Assembly: GCF_006345805.1 (NCBI RefSeq)
Contig: NC_042997.1
Span: forward strand, 4,402,001 to 4,466,000
Length of the DNA stretch: 64,000 bases
Direction of reading: 5' to 3'
DNA from: Octopus sinensis
Lineage: Eukaryota
Position numbers and translations under genes: made by a program
Notes under the pieces: model-generated
Told to the model about the DNA's origin: nothing
Database searches by the model: none
The model's input: the letters and a program-made list of their open reading frames with translations, nothing else
Shown: positions 36,599 to 51,449 of the stretch, in pieces
How positions within the stretch are numbered: the first letter of the stretch is position 1
Layout of the letters: every line of letters begins with the position of its first letter

Positions 36599-37344
36599 AC
36601 CAAAGCTCAGATATATACAAATATGTACTTACGATTCTTTATACACGTATATATACAAGTAATCAGCCAGAATATAATCATTTTCAAATCAAACGGAAAT
36701 GTAATAAACGTAAACATATGTCATACGAAAAAAAAAAGCCACAAAAGAAGAAACATTTGCCATTCACGAAATTATTGAAAAACCATCGTATCAAAGGTTA
36801 TCTGAACGTATCTCAATTCAGAGTGATGATAACCTGACAAAGGAAGGGAGGTGTGAATTAAAGCGCAAAAAATTTTCTCAATATATTGCCAGACTGTGTT
36901 ATTGAATTTATCGTATAGTTATTGATTTGTTTCACAGGATGTAGTATGGTACTTTAAGCTTATTTTGACTTTGTCAATGATATTTATTATTGCTACTGTA
37001 TTTTTCGGTCTCTTTAATATAGTGACTGGGCTTGTTTTAGTTTCATGGAGGAGTTTCATTTTGTAATTTTTGGTGATATTTTGCGATTAGTATCCAGATT
37101 TTATATATTTGGATTATATATACATTTGAATCTAGATATGACGTAACCTAATAAACATTAGTGTATACAGCGTAACACTGGAAATAAAAATGTGGATTAA
37201 TAGAATTATAACACAACAAACCTATTGAAGCTATTAGAGTTGTCTTAAATAATAATTGCAATAACACAGATGTACGCACCGAGACCCACATACACAAACA
37301 CATACACGCACCCATACACACGCATCCCCTCACATACAAAGAGA

Positions 37345-37386
<42 letters not shown>

Positions 37387-37526
37387 AAGTAGTAAATAAA
37401 TGGCACAACTAAGTACCGATATTTACTGGAAATAGCGAACGTAAAAATACGACGCTAATGTATAGCTTCACCGCGTATGTATTAGTAAAATGCGCGTGTG
37501 CAACAAACTAGAGAAAAACGTCTTAC

Positions 37527-37541
37527 CTCCAGGGAGAACAT
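37527..37541 (-). other. Candidate 15-nt micro-exon of an unidentified minus-strand transcript
   Basis: tttcatctttcag|ATGTTCTCCCTGGAG|gtaaga: strong acceptor and donor 15 nt apart; no homology support. Confidence 0.3.
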
Positions 37542-37736
37542 CTGAAAGATGAAATACCCGGAAAAGGATAATGTGGGACCTGCAGGTTTCAGATTTTAAA
37601 AGATATGTCACTCACCCATATATTATTCTATCTTCATCAGCCAAGCATATACCATGACGAAATCTACGATGTTACCACATTAATACTATTAATATATATA
37701 TTATGGAAGGCGATACTTTGTATTGCATTACTAATT

Positions 37737-37768
<32 letters not shown>

Positions 37769-38534
37769 TATAGACACTCACACATATAACTTTAATTAAT
37801 TGGATAGTAAGTAAGCCTTCACTAATCTACAAATCCTCTGATAACTAACGGATGGTGATCCAACAATTTCCCCTCAGAGCTTCACGCACATCTAATTCTC
37901 TTTCTCTCCCCTTCACAGTCCTCTATCTGTCTCTCTCTCTCCCTCATTCTTTTTACTCTCTCCCGATTCTTACATAGTCGAGAAATACCGAATACATTAT
38001 TTTATATCAACAAAAATCAGACACGTACCTTTATAGAGAATAGATTTTAGTAAAGTGAAACATACCAAATCCACAGAGTTGAAACGCTGTTTGATTTAAT
38101 TTTTTTCGGCGTACAATTTTCATCATCACACTATCAAGTATGACATCACGCCATGTTTCCTTATTCATGTATCACCCCTTCCTTTCTCATTCATAAACAC
38201 AAGATTGTGGTTATAGAAGATAATCTCAGTAACCATGGCAGCTATGAAGAAGAAAAAAAGCCCAGCATCACCACCAGATCATTCTACATATATGTATAGA
38301 TTTTCGCGCAATTCCACTCACCTGTTTGACAATGAATTTCAAAACGAGAAAGATTCGTTCATGCCAAATTTATATGTATAGATATATATATTTATTAGAT
38401 ATATATTAGATATATATATATGTATATATGTGTATATATGTATATGTGTGTATATATATGTATATATATACATATATATACGTTTAAATATTTGTTGTGC
38501 AAGATTTTTTATGTGAAGACGTGTGTTGAAACAG

Positions 38535-38973
38535 ATATTGTTATATTTCAGAATTGTCATTTTGCCAGTTTAGCCAACAAAATAAGAATAAACTAAAACA
38601 ACAAAAACAAAATACGAATTGAACATATATAAACAGAAGATGTAAATATTACAGGCATCCCCCTACATACACACACTAAATAAACATAAACGCACATAGA
38701 GATATAAGCATGCGCAAATGAAGACGTACAATAGAAATACAAAATGGCTGACGGTTAGTAAGGAGAGACACAAAAAAGAAAGAAGAAAACAAAGGACCAC
38801 TGATGCGGTCACAGGAGTGTGACAAAAGAACTCTGGCCGAAATAAGATTAAGATTAATGTAAAAAATAAATAACACAAAGATAAAAATAAATAACACTGA
38901 AGCAAAATAACACCAAGTATATAGTGCGTGTGTTTTTATTGGCTAAACTGGCAAAATGACCATTCCGAAATAT

Positions 38974-38981
<8 letters not shown>
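38535..38981. mobile_element. Fold-back element with ~48-bp inverted arms next to (TA)n, degenerate hammerhead in the spacer
   Basis: 38535-38582 vs 38934-38981 are reverse complements; CCA-CTGATGC-GGTCAC-AGGAGT-GTGAC-AAAA-GAAC-TC-TGG at 38797-38836. Confidence 0.65.
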
Positions 38982-39068
<87 letters not shown>

Positions 39069-40656
39069 GTATGTATATAATTCATAATGTTTTGCAATAG
39101 ACAAGTTTTTGATCCTGTGCACATATTACACACGCTTAAATAATGAGCTACCATAGATCCAGTACTGAAGAATACTGATCTTTCAATTTCAGATTGCGGA
39201 CGCATCATAAAATATAATCTGATGCATTTGTTGCATACTTGATATCTCTAAAGCTAGACTTTAAAAACCAATATTATTTGAATCGCCTATGATGATGAAG
39301 CCTTACTGGGATGTAATTTTTAATAATTGTTTTATATCAGCAATTGTTATCAGCTTGTTTCGTATATCCAATGATGTAAAAGTGAAACGTCATCAATTAC
39401 ACAGCGGATCATAATTTTTGTTCTTCGGTAGCCACTCTCATTTCCCATTTCTTTACCCCTTGAAAGTATGAAAATGCCTATTACTTCTAAAATTTCCTTT
39501 TGTTTCATTTTTTTTTAACTCCTAAGATTTGACGTTCCCTCACTTCTCCAGCTCATGATCAGAGATCAATTTATTGTCAGCTGTTAAGTGTCAAGTTGTT
39601 AAGCTCAAGCATGTGACAAGCAAATCTGCTGCACTAAGCAGAATATTTGTTATAAAGATATATCTGCTTCAGCATCTCAGTGATGACTCTATATAAAATG
39701 TAATGGAAAATAGTTCAGTTTCAAAACACTGATGTACAATTAACAAAAGTAAAGTTTGAAGAGAATAGTGATAATTTCCTCTGATATCTCCATAGAAGCA
39801 AATAGGAAATATCATTTACTAACCACAGACAAAAGAAAAAAATTAAATCATTTTATAGTTTTATGTAACATATACCATACGCCGCCATATTGCTTCACGC
39901 CGACTTTATTTCACACATTAAATCCATAATTCCATTTTTTCTCAACTTCGCCTTTTGATTTTTCTTATATTCTAACCTTATTTTTTAACTCATTTCATAA
40001 TCAACTGTTAAATGATTATTACTTTTACACAACCAGCTAAAATATCTGATCATTACATTACTTGTCAATACATTCGATTGCTTAATATTTTATTTCGTTG
40101 GCTATTTCCTATATTTAGCCATTAACTTCATTGCTTTCTTTTTTGTATATCTACTTTATACATTTGTTCGTGGATTTAATGATATATGATTTAATTCTTA
40201 AATCATCATCCATTGAAAATCTCATTTTAAGATGTTTTTCTGGAAGCCACGCTATCAATAACTTAATTTCTCATATAACTATCACTATCTAACGATAGTA
40301 TTTCTCTATGTATATTGGTTAACAGCATCAAATAACATTATATACTGTGATTTAGCTTCTATCACATTTTTGTTATGTAAATATTTCCTTCAGATTGAGG
40401 TAACTAACACTTATATAATATAATCACTGTAACTAAATCATCTAAAACACACCACAGAATATCTTTCCTGTGAATGACGAGCAACAGGTAAGGTAATATC
40501 GATTGTTTGCAAGCTAGTATAGCTCACTATATCGGAATTTATTTATCAATCAATCGATCAGCGTCTCGGGCGGTCTGTCTCTCTGTCACACACTGATTAA
40601 CAAAAACACACTCACGCGCGTGCCAACACTCATATATCTATCTATCTATCTATCTA

Positions 40657-40806
<150 letters not shown>

Positions 40807-41445
40807 GGTGTATGTATGGTAAGAAAAGTTTAGCGATAATATCGTTGATTATATTCGATAACGTATCAACTTTAAAAATGATTTTATAGTGGACATGTCA
40901 TATTTAATGTATATTAACATGAAAGTAATGAGCAGATTGTTTAAACCTAAACCTAACTAGAAAATGCTACAGATGCTAGAGTCTCATTGTACAAATCATT
41001 TACATTTGGTACTGATATTCAATGAAGAAAGTACGTAGTGTTGTGCAAAACACCGAAAATAACAGGAATTAAGATCATGTGCTTGAATATTATGTATGCA
41101 CTGCTGACCTATTATTCGACTAATGTATATTATGTCTGATAATAAAAAGCCTATAATTAAGTGAACTAATTATTTGCAACTGCCTGTAATTTTAAATGTT
41201 TAGTTTCTTTTATAATCTCATTTCGTTTCTATAATTTTCATTTCGAAATCTCACTTCCACATAAATGGCATGTTAGTTCATATGGAGTAAATTTAAACTT
41301 CATCACACTCTTTTAAGAAGTCTGGCTTTACGCATATGTATATGTATGTATGTCCCATTTTTGTATCACCTAATTGTCTGGATGTTTTGCGTTCTTGCCT
41401 CATTTGTGTATATGTATGTATATATATATATTGTATATATACACA

Positions 41446-41515
<70 letters not shown>

Positions 41516-42752
41516 ATATACATATATATGGCGGGGTACGTACACTTTGGTCTCTTATATGTAAGTATATATATTTTATAAATCTTGTACGATTCTATTC
41601 GTTCTTTCTATCAGCCCTTTCACTTTTATTCTTTCATTCCACTCTTCGTTCTTTCGTTACACCTCTCATATATCCCTGCCTCCTCTTCTTGCTCACGTCT
41701 CTTTGGACTTCATTGCGTCCCTGTCATATTTCTCGCCCTTCCTTTAATTCTCCTGTACTTCTGCCCCTACCTATCTCACTTCTCTCCCCACGTGACCTGT
41801 GTTTGGCCAAGCCTGAGTTTTTGGGTTCGGCCGTCATCCGTACAACACCTATATTCCTTCCTTTGCCTGTGAAAACTTGTATCCCTGCCGTAAGGATTTA
41901 TATCCACAAACGCCAGCTTAATTTAATTCGTCCTTAGTTGAAAGAAACTCGTTGATAAAGTCCTGTATTTTTGTAACATTCTCCGTTTTTTACCGTCCTT
42001 GTTGTCGTATACATTCGCTGCTTTCTTCTTTCTTCCAATGAGTCAAATGCTCTTAGCTTTGTTTTTCCTTGGGGCTGGCCAGATTGGAGCAATATCGTGT
42101 ATAACCAGTCGAAGTTGCAAAGATAATCTGGAACTCGACTGAGGAAAGAAAACATCCGAATGACCCTTCCCCATGTTTTCTTTGTATCATCTATCTGGAT
42201 TTTTTCTCGTCCCATTTTGTATATACATCACACATATATAGAGAGCGAAAGATACATAGATAATTATATATATATATATATATATATATCAATGAAAATA
42301 TTGGAGTTAACGAGAAGGGGTACGGATGGACATTTACTTTTAACCATTACAACTGTTTCCACGCACCGTAGATTTTGATGTGCTCGGTAACATGTCTATG
42401 CAACTGTTCCCCTGCATCATGATGTGTTTCCACAGGCGATATGTAAATATTGTCTCCATAAGTTAAAAATCCTCAGCTTCAAACATATCCACTCTGAATT
42501 TAGTAGTAGTCACTGAGCTTATCAAGGTGTGTTTTTTCTGAAAGACCGTTGGTTAACTGCTTTAAAAGTGTTGATGTAGTGGGATGGTGATTGGTGGTAT
42601 TTTATTTCGTTGTACTGGTGATATATTCATCATGGCTAGTTACACATACGATTGTCCTTAGCTGATCTTTAAGAATCAACCCTCGCATACATACACACGC
42701 ATACGATCACACGCACACACAAACATATATAGAAATAGGTACATTCACACCC

Positions 42753-42793
<41 letters not shown>

Positions 42794-42873
42794 CGCATAT
42801 ACGCACTCCCATACATACACCTATATTAATATATGTACATGCATTCACTTGCACACTTACATATATATATGTT

Positions 42874-42907
<34 letters not shown>

Positions 42908-42909
42908 TA

Positions 42910-42990
<81 letters not shown>

Positions 42991-44149
42991 TATAAACATT
43001 TTTGTATATTTATGCATTTTTACATCTTTCTGATTCATGGCTTAAAAGTAATAGAAAGCATGTTTATCTTTCGGCTTAATCCATAGATAAATACCCTGAG
43101 CAATTTTTTAGCAACCACCTAATAAGTAATTAATTAAGTACCAGAATGAAATTTAAACTAATTCTATGTAATCCTTCTTTCTTAATATTTATAATTGATA
43201 TATACACAGATTTTACCTATTTTCGTTGTGATAGATTTGTAAAATCTTAAACTTTAATTTTACACAATATAAGAATATTGTTTACAAACAACCAAACATT
43301 GTCCCCGAAATAAAATTTCCTCTCGGGTTTTTTAGCGTTTTGCCCGTTTAACTGGAATTAATGTCATAATTTAAAGTTTTCCCGTACCCAGCCTTTTTCT
43401 ATAGACAGTTACTTATATCCAACTGACTACTCCCAAAGTCTTCTTTTCCTCCCTGAGGAAAGAGATACATATGATAATATCTATGACCATACCTAGCTAT
43501 GTGCTGACAACTCCCTCTTGTTCTCTGTTCAAAATAGTCAGTCTACTACTCTTAAGTTTAGTAGTTGATAAATAGATAAATGAATTAGAAATCAACTACA
43601 GTCCTTTACAATACTATGACCACAATTGGCTTCATGCGATTCTTGGAAGTGTAATCTATTCTTAGCTACAATAGAGACAACACAAATTTCTTCCATGTTC
43701 TTGCTCTATTAAAATGACTGAGAAAAATTAAATTTATATTTCCTACTGTTTAAAATTATATTTATTCATTTGTGCAGCTGAAATTTGCTGCTGAAATTTG
43801 CAGTGTATTCAAATTCCTGTATTGATTGCATTGTTCAATAAAATTGAGCTGCTTGAAATGGGGGCACTGCATCACCACTTGATATCCTGTTGATTATTTT
43901 GATTATATATGTGTGTGTGTTTGTGTATGTATGTATGTTCGAATATATGTAAGTATATTTAATTCAAGAAAGTTATATCTTCGCTGCAAAATATATAACC
44001 AAATGTATTCCACTGGATAATCCCTATCATATAATTCGAAAGCCACTGGTGTATGTTAGTATGTTAGGGATTATTGAAATTATATATCAATATCGAGGAG
44101 AAAGCGCAAATGGAAAAACGATTTAAAGATAGGCTGAGAAAACAATTTA

Positions 44150-44900
44150 CAGATATACAGTTTCATGCTGAAAAATTCCAAGACCTGCGCTACCAGAGTC
44201 CAAAGCTGAATATGAACATGACAGGGTACACTGGGCCACAGGGGATTATAATCACAGGCATAAATCAGAGAGTGATCTGTGTATATTTACAAGTGTATGT
44301 TACGAGGATGGTTACAAAAAGCAGACGTATGGCTGGATGTATCCTGAGAATGTTCATAACCAGGGTGAAAGAAGCCATAATTGTCCTCTATAGAACATTC
44401 TTCCTCAAAAACCTGGATTACTGTTCACAGCTATAGTGACCCAACAATGGAAAATTAACAGCGGACCTTGAAGCAATTCAGCGAAGCTTCACAAAGAAGA
44501 TCGTTTCATTGCAACAGCTTAGCTACTGGGAATGTCTGGATGCGAGAGGGGTATCCAGTACTATACATCTGGAGGTTTCTCGAAAATATTGTGACAAATG
44601 TTGGCATTAAGAAATACACAAATGCCTGAACGGGTCCATACTGCACAGTGTTAAATATCCCAGAAATACCGTCACGCTTCAAGAGCAGGTACTGCAACAA
44701 CATAGATATTGGCGGTTCACAGGCGTTTAATCTTCTCCCAAAGAGTGACCGATGCAAAGTGGATGTACTTGTTTTCAAATCAAAACTGGGCCTCTTCCTT
44801 TCGAGAGTCCCAGAAGAACCTACCTCATGGAAGGTGGTGCAAATGAGTGTAGCGACATGAAACTACCTTATTCACCGAAATACACATCTCAGAGGAGGTG
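44150..44900 (+). mobile_element. Decayed CR1/L2-group LINE 3' fragment
   Basis: QFHAEKFQ, RRMAGCILRMF, LDYCSQL, LGLFLSRVPEEPTS match the C-terminus of ORF 26947-29349. Confidence 0.85.
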
Positions 44901-45009
44901 CTCTCAATAATAACAGTATAGCAAATCTGGTTTGACTGGGCATGGCCACAACTTTGAACTATATAATATACATAGATACACAAATACATATATGTGTAGA
45001 TATGTATAT

Positions 45010-45065
<56 letters not shown>

Positions 45066-45224
45066 TACATATATGTATGTATATATATATATATATATAT
45101 ATATACTACATATATACATATAATTATATATATATACAAACGTATACACACACGCACACACACACACTCATATATATATATATATATATATATGTAAAGG
45201 AGATGTGGAACACGAGTTGTGATA

Positions 45225-45550
45225 TATAAAAAAAGGAAGTGAAGAAAATGATGACAAAATAATATAAGTAAGGGAGAGTGTATTTAATTAGGTGAAAGTT
45301 CTTTTTACCGGTTGCGCATTTTTATGCTTATCAAAAGATATTTTGAGTGAGATCGAAGTCCTTTCTGATTGATTTTTTTCTCTTATCTGATAATAGAAAA
45401 AAAATATATCAGAAAGGAACTCTATTTCACTCAAAATATCTTTTGATAAGCATAACAAATGCGCAACCGGTAAAAAGAACTTCCACCTAATTAAATACAC
45501 TCTCCCTTACTTAAATTATTTTGTCAGCATTTTCTTCATTTCCTTTCTAT
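45225..45550. mobile_element. Near-perfect ~325-bp palindrome between (TA)n tracts with a hammerhead-like motif in each arm
   Basis: Symmetry centre ~45387; CTT-TTGATAA-GCAT-AACAA-ATGC-GCAA-CCGG-TA-AAAAG at 45440-45477 (+) and the mirror copy at 45301-45337 (-). Confidence 0.8.
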
Positions 45551-45562
45551 ATATATATATAT

Positions 45563-45735
45563 AACCGACGCTGGTGTGTCTATGTCCCCGTTACTTAGCG
45601 GTTCGGCAAAAGAGACCGATAGAATAAGTACTGGGCTTACAAAAGAATAAGTCCCGGAGTCGAGTTGCTCGATTAAAGGCGGTGCTCCAGCATGGCCGCA
45701 GCCAAATGTCGGAAACAAGCAAAAGAGTAAAAGAG

Positions 45736-45737
<2 letters not shown>
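45563..45737 (+). mobile_element. SINE 3' half (same family as 24855-25320)
   Basis: gtccccgttacttagcggttcggcaaaagagaccgatagaataa...ggcggtgctccagcatggccgcagcc...gaaacaagcaaaagagtaaaagagta. Confidence 0.8.
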
Positions 45738-45770
<33 letters not shown>

Positions 45771-45779
45771 CTATCTTCT

Positions 45780-47700
45780 TCTACTCAGTCCAGGTCTGAG
45801 GTGATGCTAATGCACCACCTGTCGTTACTCGGTGTTTTTTTCCGGTATTATTTTTGGTGAAATAGCAATTTTGACGTAGCTGCTCTTTCCTGCTTCTTCT
45901 GATGCGATCTGTATTCATGTGGTATCTCAGACACAAACATGTCCAAACGTTGCTTGAAAACCACCATGTCAATAACATGTAGATGTCTAAGGTTTCCTAT
46001 GTTGAACAACTGCGGTACCTTGAGACGAAGACTATTGCAGTATTGGGTCCTTATTTTACATGGGGAAGACGGACCTTCTCTTCCAGTGTATTCAACTTTT
46101 AGTCTGGTGATGGACCGAAAGCGCAGTGCCTGAAATTTCATAGCAGTAAACTGGACGTTATATTTGTTAGATAATTTGTATTTTTCATTCAGGTTGTTCT
46201 GCAGATTTATGACGTCCTCTGGGTTCCTAACAACCTGCGATATTTTCGTATCGTCAGCATAACTGGTTAGGTTTGCTGACTGTACCGCGTGGAGAATGTC
46301 TAAGAGGGCCACTACAAATAGCATTGGCCCTAGTAGAAGATCCCTGCGTGACTCCGCTAAGAATTGTTGTCCCTTCAGAGTGAGCACCACTTGTTATTAC
46401 TGTCTGACTCCTGCCTTTCTGGAAATAATGTAGCCACTCTCCCAGTTTCCAAGTAAGACCACATTTTCGGAGCTTGTGACATATGACACCATAGTCAATC
46501 TTGTAGAAAGTGTTTGCAAAGTCGATGTATATCACGTCTACAGTTGGCTTGTTTAGCTGTTGTTTCAGTACCCAGTCAAAGTGCTGCAGAAGCTGCGTTA
46601 TAGAGCGCCTTCCTGTACGGAAGCCATGTTGCATGTTTGTGTGAATGTCGTTTACTTCTATGATGGTCATCAGCCATTTTTTGACAATGCGTTCTGTTGT
46701 CTTGCTAACATGTGAAGTCAGAGAGATGGACCTTTAGAATCTACTGTACTCTCTCTTTTGTGGACAAGACATATTATAACCTCTTTAAGCATGCTGGAAA
46801 ATTTACTACATGCAAGGAGACTCTGAAAGAATGTCTGCAGTGTATTGCAAGAGCCTTCTTAAATATCTTTAAAAGAACAGCCAGGAGTCCATCTGTTGCT
46901 GAGTTTGATCTCATCCATGGCTGATATTAAATCCCCTTCTGTTATGTTCATGTAACCGATGGTTGCTTCTTTTCCGAATAGATTCGTTACATTGGAAAAC
47001 TCATCAGGCTTGATAATTTGCATATTTTCCAGTGGACAACTGAAAACACTTCCGAATTGTTCATTTACTGCTTCACTTATCCTCCCAGAGTCTGCTCTTA
47101 GTGAGCCGTTTTTAACAAATAGCTGCCAACATGTAGAAGGTTTTAGTATTTATATATTTAACTGCCCAAGATTTTCTTTCTTCTCTTTCATTTCTGTGGG
47201 AGATTTTGAGCTTATTTTCTACCTGGAATTGTTCCTCTGTCAGGTGGGATTTCACACTCTCATTGAGATTCGAGACCTTTATTATTATGAGTATTTTCCT
47301 GTCTCCGAGAATGATGTTTTTGTGTGTATTACCACTATTCTCTGGTACATTTAATGCGTACCTCTCGCATTATTGAAAGGAATTTATTGAGTTTCGTATC
47401 TATGCCATGCAAGGGAGGATTTTAGGCTTGTCCTGCTGGAGTATCCACTTTTCAAGTGACTTCCAGTCGGCCTTTTATAAACTTAAGCCGGATAAGAATT
47501 GAAGACCATCTCTGCGGAGTTTATCTTCAGTTAATTCTGGGTTATACATAGTCAGTTCTATAGCGATATGGTCATAGAATATTTGCGTTGTTTGTAAAAC
47601 AGAGGTCCAGGATATGTTTGTGTCTGGTTAGAGAGAGAATGATCCACTCTATGAAGAGTATTTTCTTAAGATCAAGTTGAGATTCTGCTTGATTTTGCTC
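45780..47700 (-). mobile_element. Decayed CR1/L2-group LINE
   Basis: QHGFRTGRRSITQLLQHFDWVLKQ, IYIDFANTFYKIDYG, SGVTQG, LGPMLF, SYADDTK; frameshifted and internally deleted relative of the 26947-29349 ORF. Confidence 0.9.
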
Positions 47701-48611
47701 TTTGTGAAAAACAAATCTACATAGGTTAATATTTCAGATTTCTTGGCTGTCAATATGACGATTGTGCTATATATATACCAGAAGATAATGGATGTATATA
47801 ACACGGAGAAATTTGTCGTTTTCGCTGGTATATCTTTAATTTAATTAATTAACAAAGAAGAAGGTAGCATTTACGATGAGTTTTAATTTACTAGTTTAGT
47901 AAATATCTTCAGAATGCGAAAAATAAATTGATATATCTGTAATGGTTTAATAAATTCAAAATTTGTTAGTCTTACATTATATTATTTTCTTAAGTTGATT
48001 ATTCCACTGGGGAGTGGATTTCATTGCTACAGAGTGGTTAGATTATTGTTCCTCTAGGTAATTAAAGCGGGGTGTATATTATTTTGTTATGACGCACAGG
48101 TTCATTAAGTTGGTTTTAACCAGGGGTGAGTTATAGTCACCGGCGGTGTAAGTGAAAAGGGATAACTCTAACTTAAAGGGCAAAAGTGAGCTAACTCGAA
48201 CCAGATTATTTACACTTGGGAGAGTGGTTTAAAATTACACTACGGCTAAAGTTTAGGAAGTTCATAGTAATAAACGGGGCGCTATGTAGGTGTAAAGTAA
48301 ATAATTATGGAACGTAGAGGGCGAGTGTGGTTGTGGGTTGACCATTTATATGTAAGTGGTTCCCAGCTAATTAGACTTATATAGATGAATATTCTAGTGT
48401 GGGATTTGTAGAGGGTCCAACTATTTTAACGATGCGTTGAAAAGGCAAAGTGACCTACATGATGACAAAAGTTGCTGTTCTCAGATTTCCATTTGAGGAG
48501 GGTGCTTTTAGCATTTAGAATAGCTAGGCGTTCTGATTAACAGAGATCATCAGGAGCACCTTTAGATTTGATTATCCCTTAGAGATTTTAAACTCCTCTA
48601 ACTGATACCTA

Positions 48612-48697
<86 letters not shown>

Positions 48698-48800
48698 TAT
48701 ACACGGGCGTACATACACTCATATATACATGTGCATAGATAAGTCCATATATCCATACGTATGTATCCACGCATACATAAACGTACGCCCGACATAGTAC

Positions 48801-48840
<40 letters not shown>

Positions 48841-48843
<3 letters not shown>

Positions 48844-48945
48844 GCGCACGCACAAAAACACACCAACTGCTGTAGGCATATACTCAATCGTATAAATACA
48901 TCTATACACACATACACAAACACTCATATATATACAGTTACACAT

Positions 48946-49015
<70 letters not shown>

Positions 49016-49622
49016 GGATAAACCTGTATGAATACTCACGTGCATGTGCAATGCAAGTACATGAACATACTTGCGTGTAAACCTATACGCACACATAGCC
49101 CGCCCCGCCTTACCTACACACACATACCTATATGTATACGTATATCTAAACACGCACACACACACAATTATGCTTCCACACAAACACATTCCTGTATCTT
49201 GATTGGAGCTATGATCTCTACTGCCTCGTTACATATTCAAACATATCACTATTTGTTAATAAATATTATTATACAGCTAAATTGTAAGGTTACATGTCTG
49301 AATATATGTGAACAACCGGCATCTCCAGTATAGCGTCTTGTCGGGTCTCTCGTATCTAAATATTGAGCTGGTCATGTCATATTTTACTTTCCCTTCCATG
49401 AGTCACGAGTCGAAAAAGGCCTACGATGTTGCATGCCGTTTGAAGGTTTTTAGAAAGATTTCGAAATTATAGACCGATTCACCGATATGTATGTATGGAA
49501 CCCCTCTAGTATTTACGGTGCACTTCAAAACACAATCCATGCACGAGCGAAATGTGTGTGCGTATGATTGTATACACATTCTGATCTAGGCTAGCTAGCT
49601 AAACAACCTATATATTACATCC

Positions 49623-49676
<54 letters not shown>

Positions 49677-50465
49677 GCGCACGCACAAAAACACACCAAC
49701 TGCTGTAGGCATATACTCAATCGTATAAATACATCTATACACACATACACAAACACTCATATATATACAGTTACACATGCAAACATACACACACACACAC
49801 ACACGCACACACATATATATATATATATAATATATATATATATAGAGAGAGAGAGAGGGATAAACCTGTATGAATACTCACGTGCATGTGCAATGCAAGT
49901 ACATGAACATACTTGCGTGTAAACCTATACGCACACATAGCCCGCCCCGCCTTACCTACACACACATACCTATATGTATACGTATATCTAAACACGCACA
50001 CACACACAATTATGCTTCCACACAAACACATTCCTGTATCTTGATTGGAGCTATGATCTCTACTGCCTCGTTACATATTCAAACATATCACTATTTGTTA
50101 ATAAATATTATTATACAGCTAAATTGTAAGGTTACATGTCTGAATATATGTGAACAACCGGCATCTCCAGTATAGCGTCTTGTCGGGTCTCTCGTATCTA
50201 AATATTGAGCTGGTCATGTCATATTTTACTTTCCCTTCCATGAGTCACGAGTCGAAAAAGGCCTACGATGTTGCATGCCGTTTGAAGGTTTTTAGAAAGA
50301 TTTCGAAATTATAGACCGATTCACCGATATGTATGTATGGAACCCCTCTAGTATTTACGGTGCACTTCAAAACACAATCCATGCACGAGCGAAATTGTGT
50401 GTGCGTATGATTGTATACACATTCTGATCTAGGCTAGCTAGCTAAACAACCTATATATTACATCC
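48841..50465. repeat. Near-identical tandem duplication, period ~833 bp
   Basis: 48841-49623 is repeated at 49674-50465; differences are almost only in microsatellite lengths; boundaries fall in (TA)n. Confidence 0.95.
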
Positions 50466-50565
<100 letters not shown>

Positions 50566-51449
50566 TGTGTGTGTGTGTGTTCCTTCCTTCTTCTACTACC
50601 ATTCCGTTGTCTTAAACCCATTGTGAATCAATCTATCACGGTCCATCCATAAGTTTACCCTACAGTTATATTATTCATGTTATCAACAATCATTTGTCTA
50701 TATGTACAAGTGCTTGCAACTCTTAATTGGGGAGAGATAATCTTGTAGTTGATGTCACTCTTTACACTTTTGTTCCAGTTGTTTTCATGTATGTTACATG
50801 GATTAAGTTTTGTATTCAAATTATGATATCCGATTAGGTGTATTATCAATTAGCCCATACTCTCTTTACTATTAAAGGGAACAGAAGAAAAAATCCACCT
50901 CCTCACTGCATTCTTTAAACAAATGACTATTTCCGCGCGACTAAGATTCGACCAGGCACATCCGATGATTGTAATCATAAGTCGTTGCTAGTATTGGTTT
51001 ATGTATTTGTAAGAGTCGATAAATGCACACGCTCACATATATTTAATGTTGGTGGGGGTGTAAAGCATCATGATGTTTCAAAAGAATTATGAGTTATATA
51101 TTTCCGGTAAAATTGTCGCTGTTTATTCGCTTCAATGCATTAAACGTCCAATTATTGCATATTATTTACGTTCAACACATCGTCTTAATTATATTGCATT
51201 CATATATTCTTTTCTGATAGGATATTTCATTTCGATAATAGACGATTTGATAAGTATTTCCTGTCATGCTGTGAAAGTATGGTAGAATGCTATAGTATAT
51301 TCTCTTTCCTTTTTTCTATGAACTAATTAATTTCATTCCTGCTCTTTTCTACTTATCAATCGCTATATCATCCATGCTATTTATGTATATACATCCTTCT
51401 GTATATATCGCATTTGCTTATCTGCATTTTAATATTTACATCAGTGGAA

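Noticed and set aside
42135-42170. CTGAGGA...GAA hammerhead-like string (similar weak cases at ~48520-48560 and ~59615-59660)
   Set aside because: GAAA and the helices cannot be completed in these copies; too degenerate to call.
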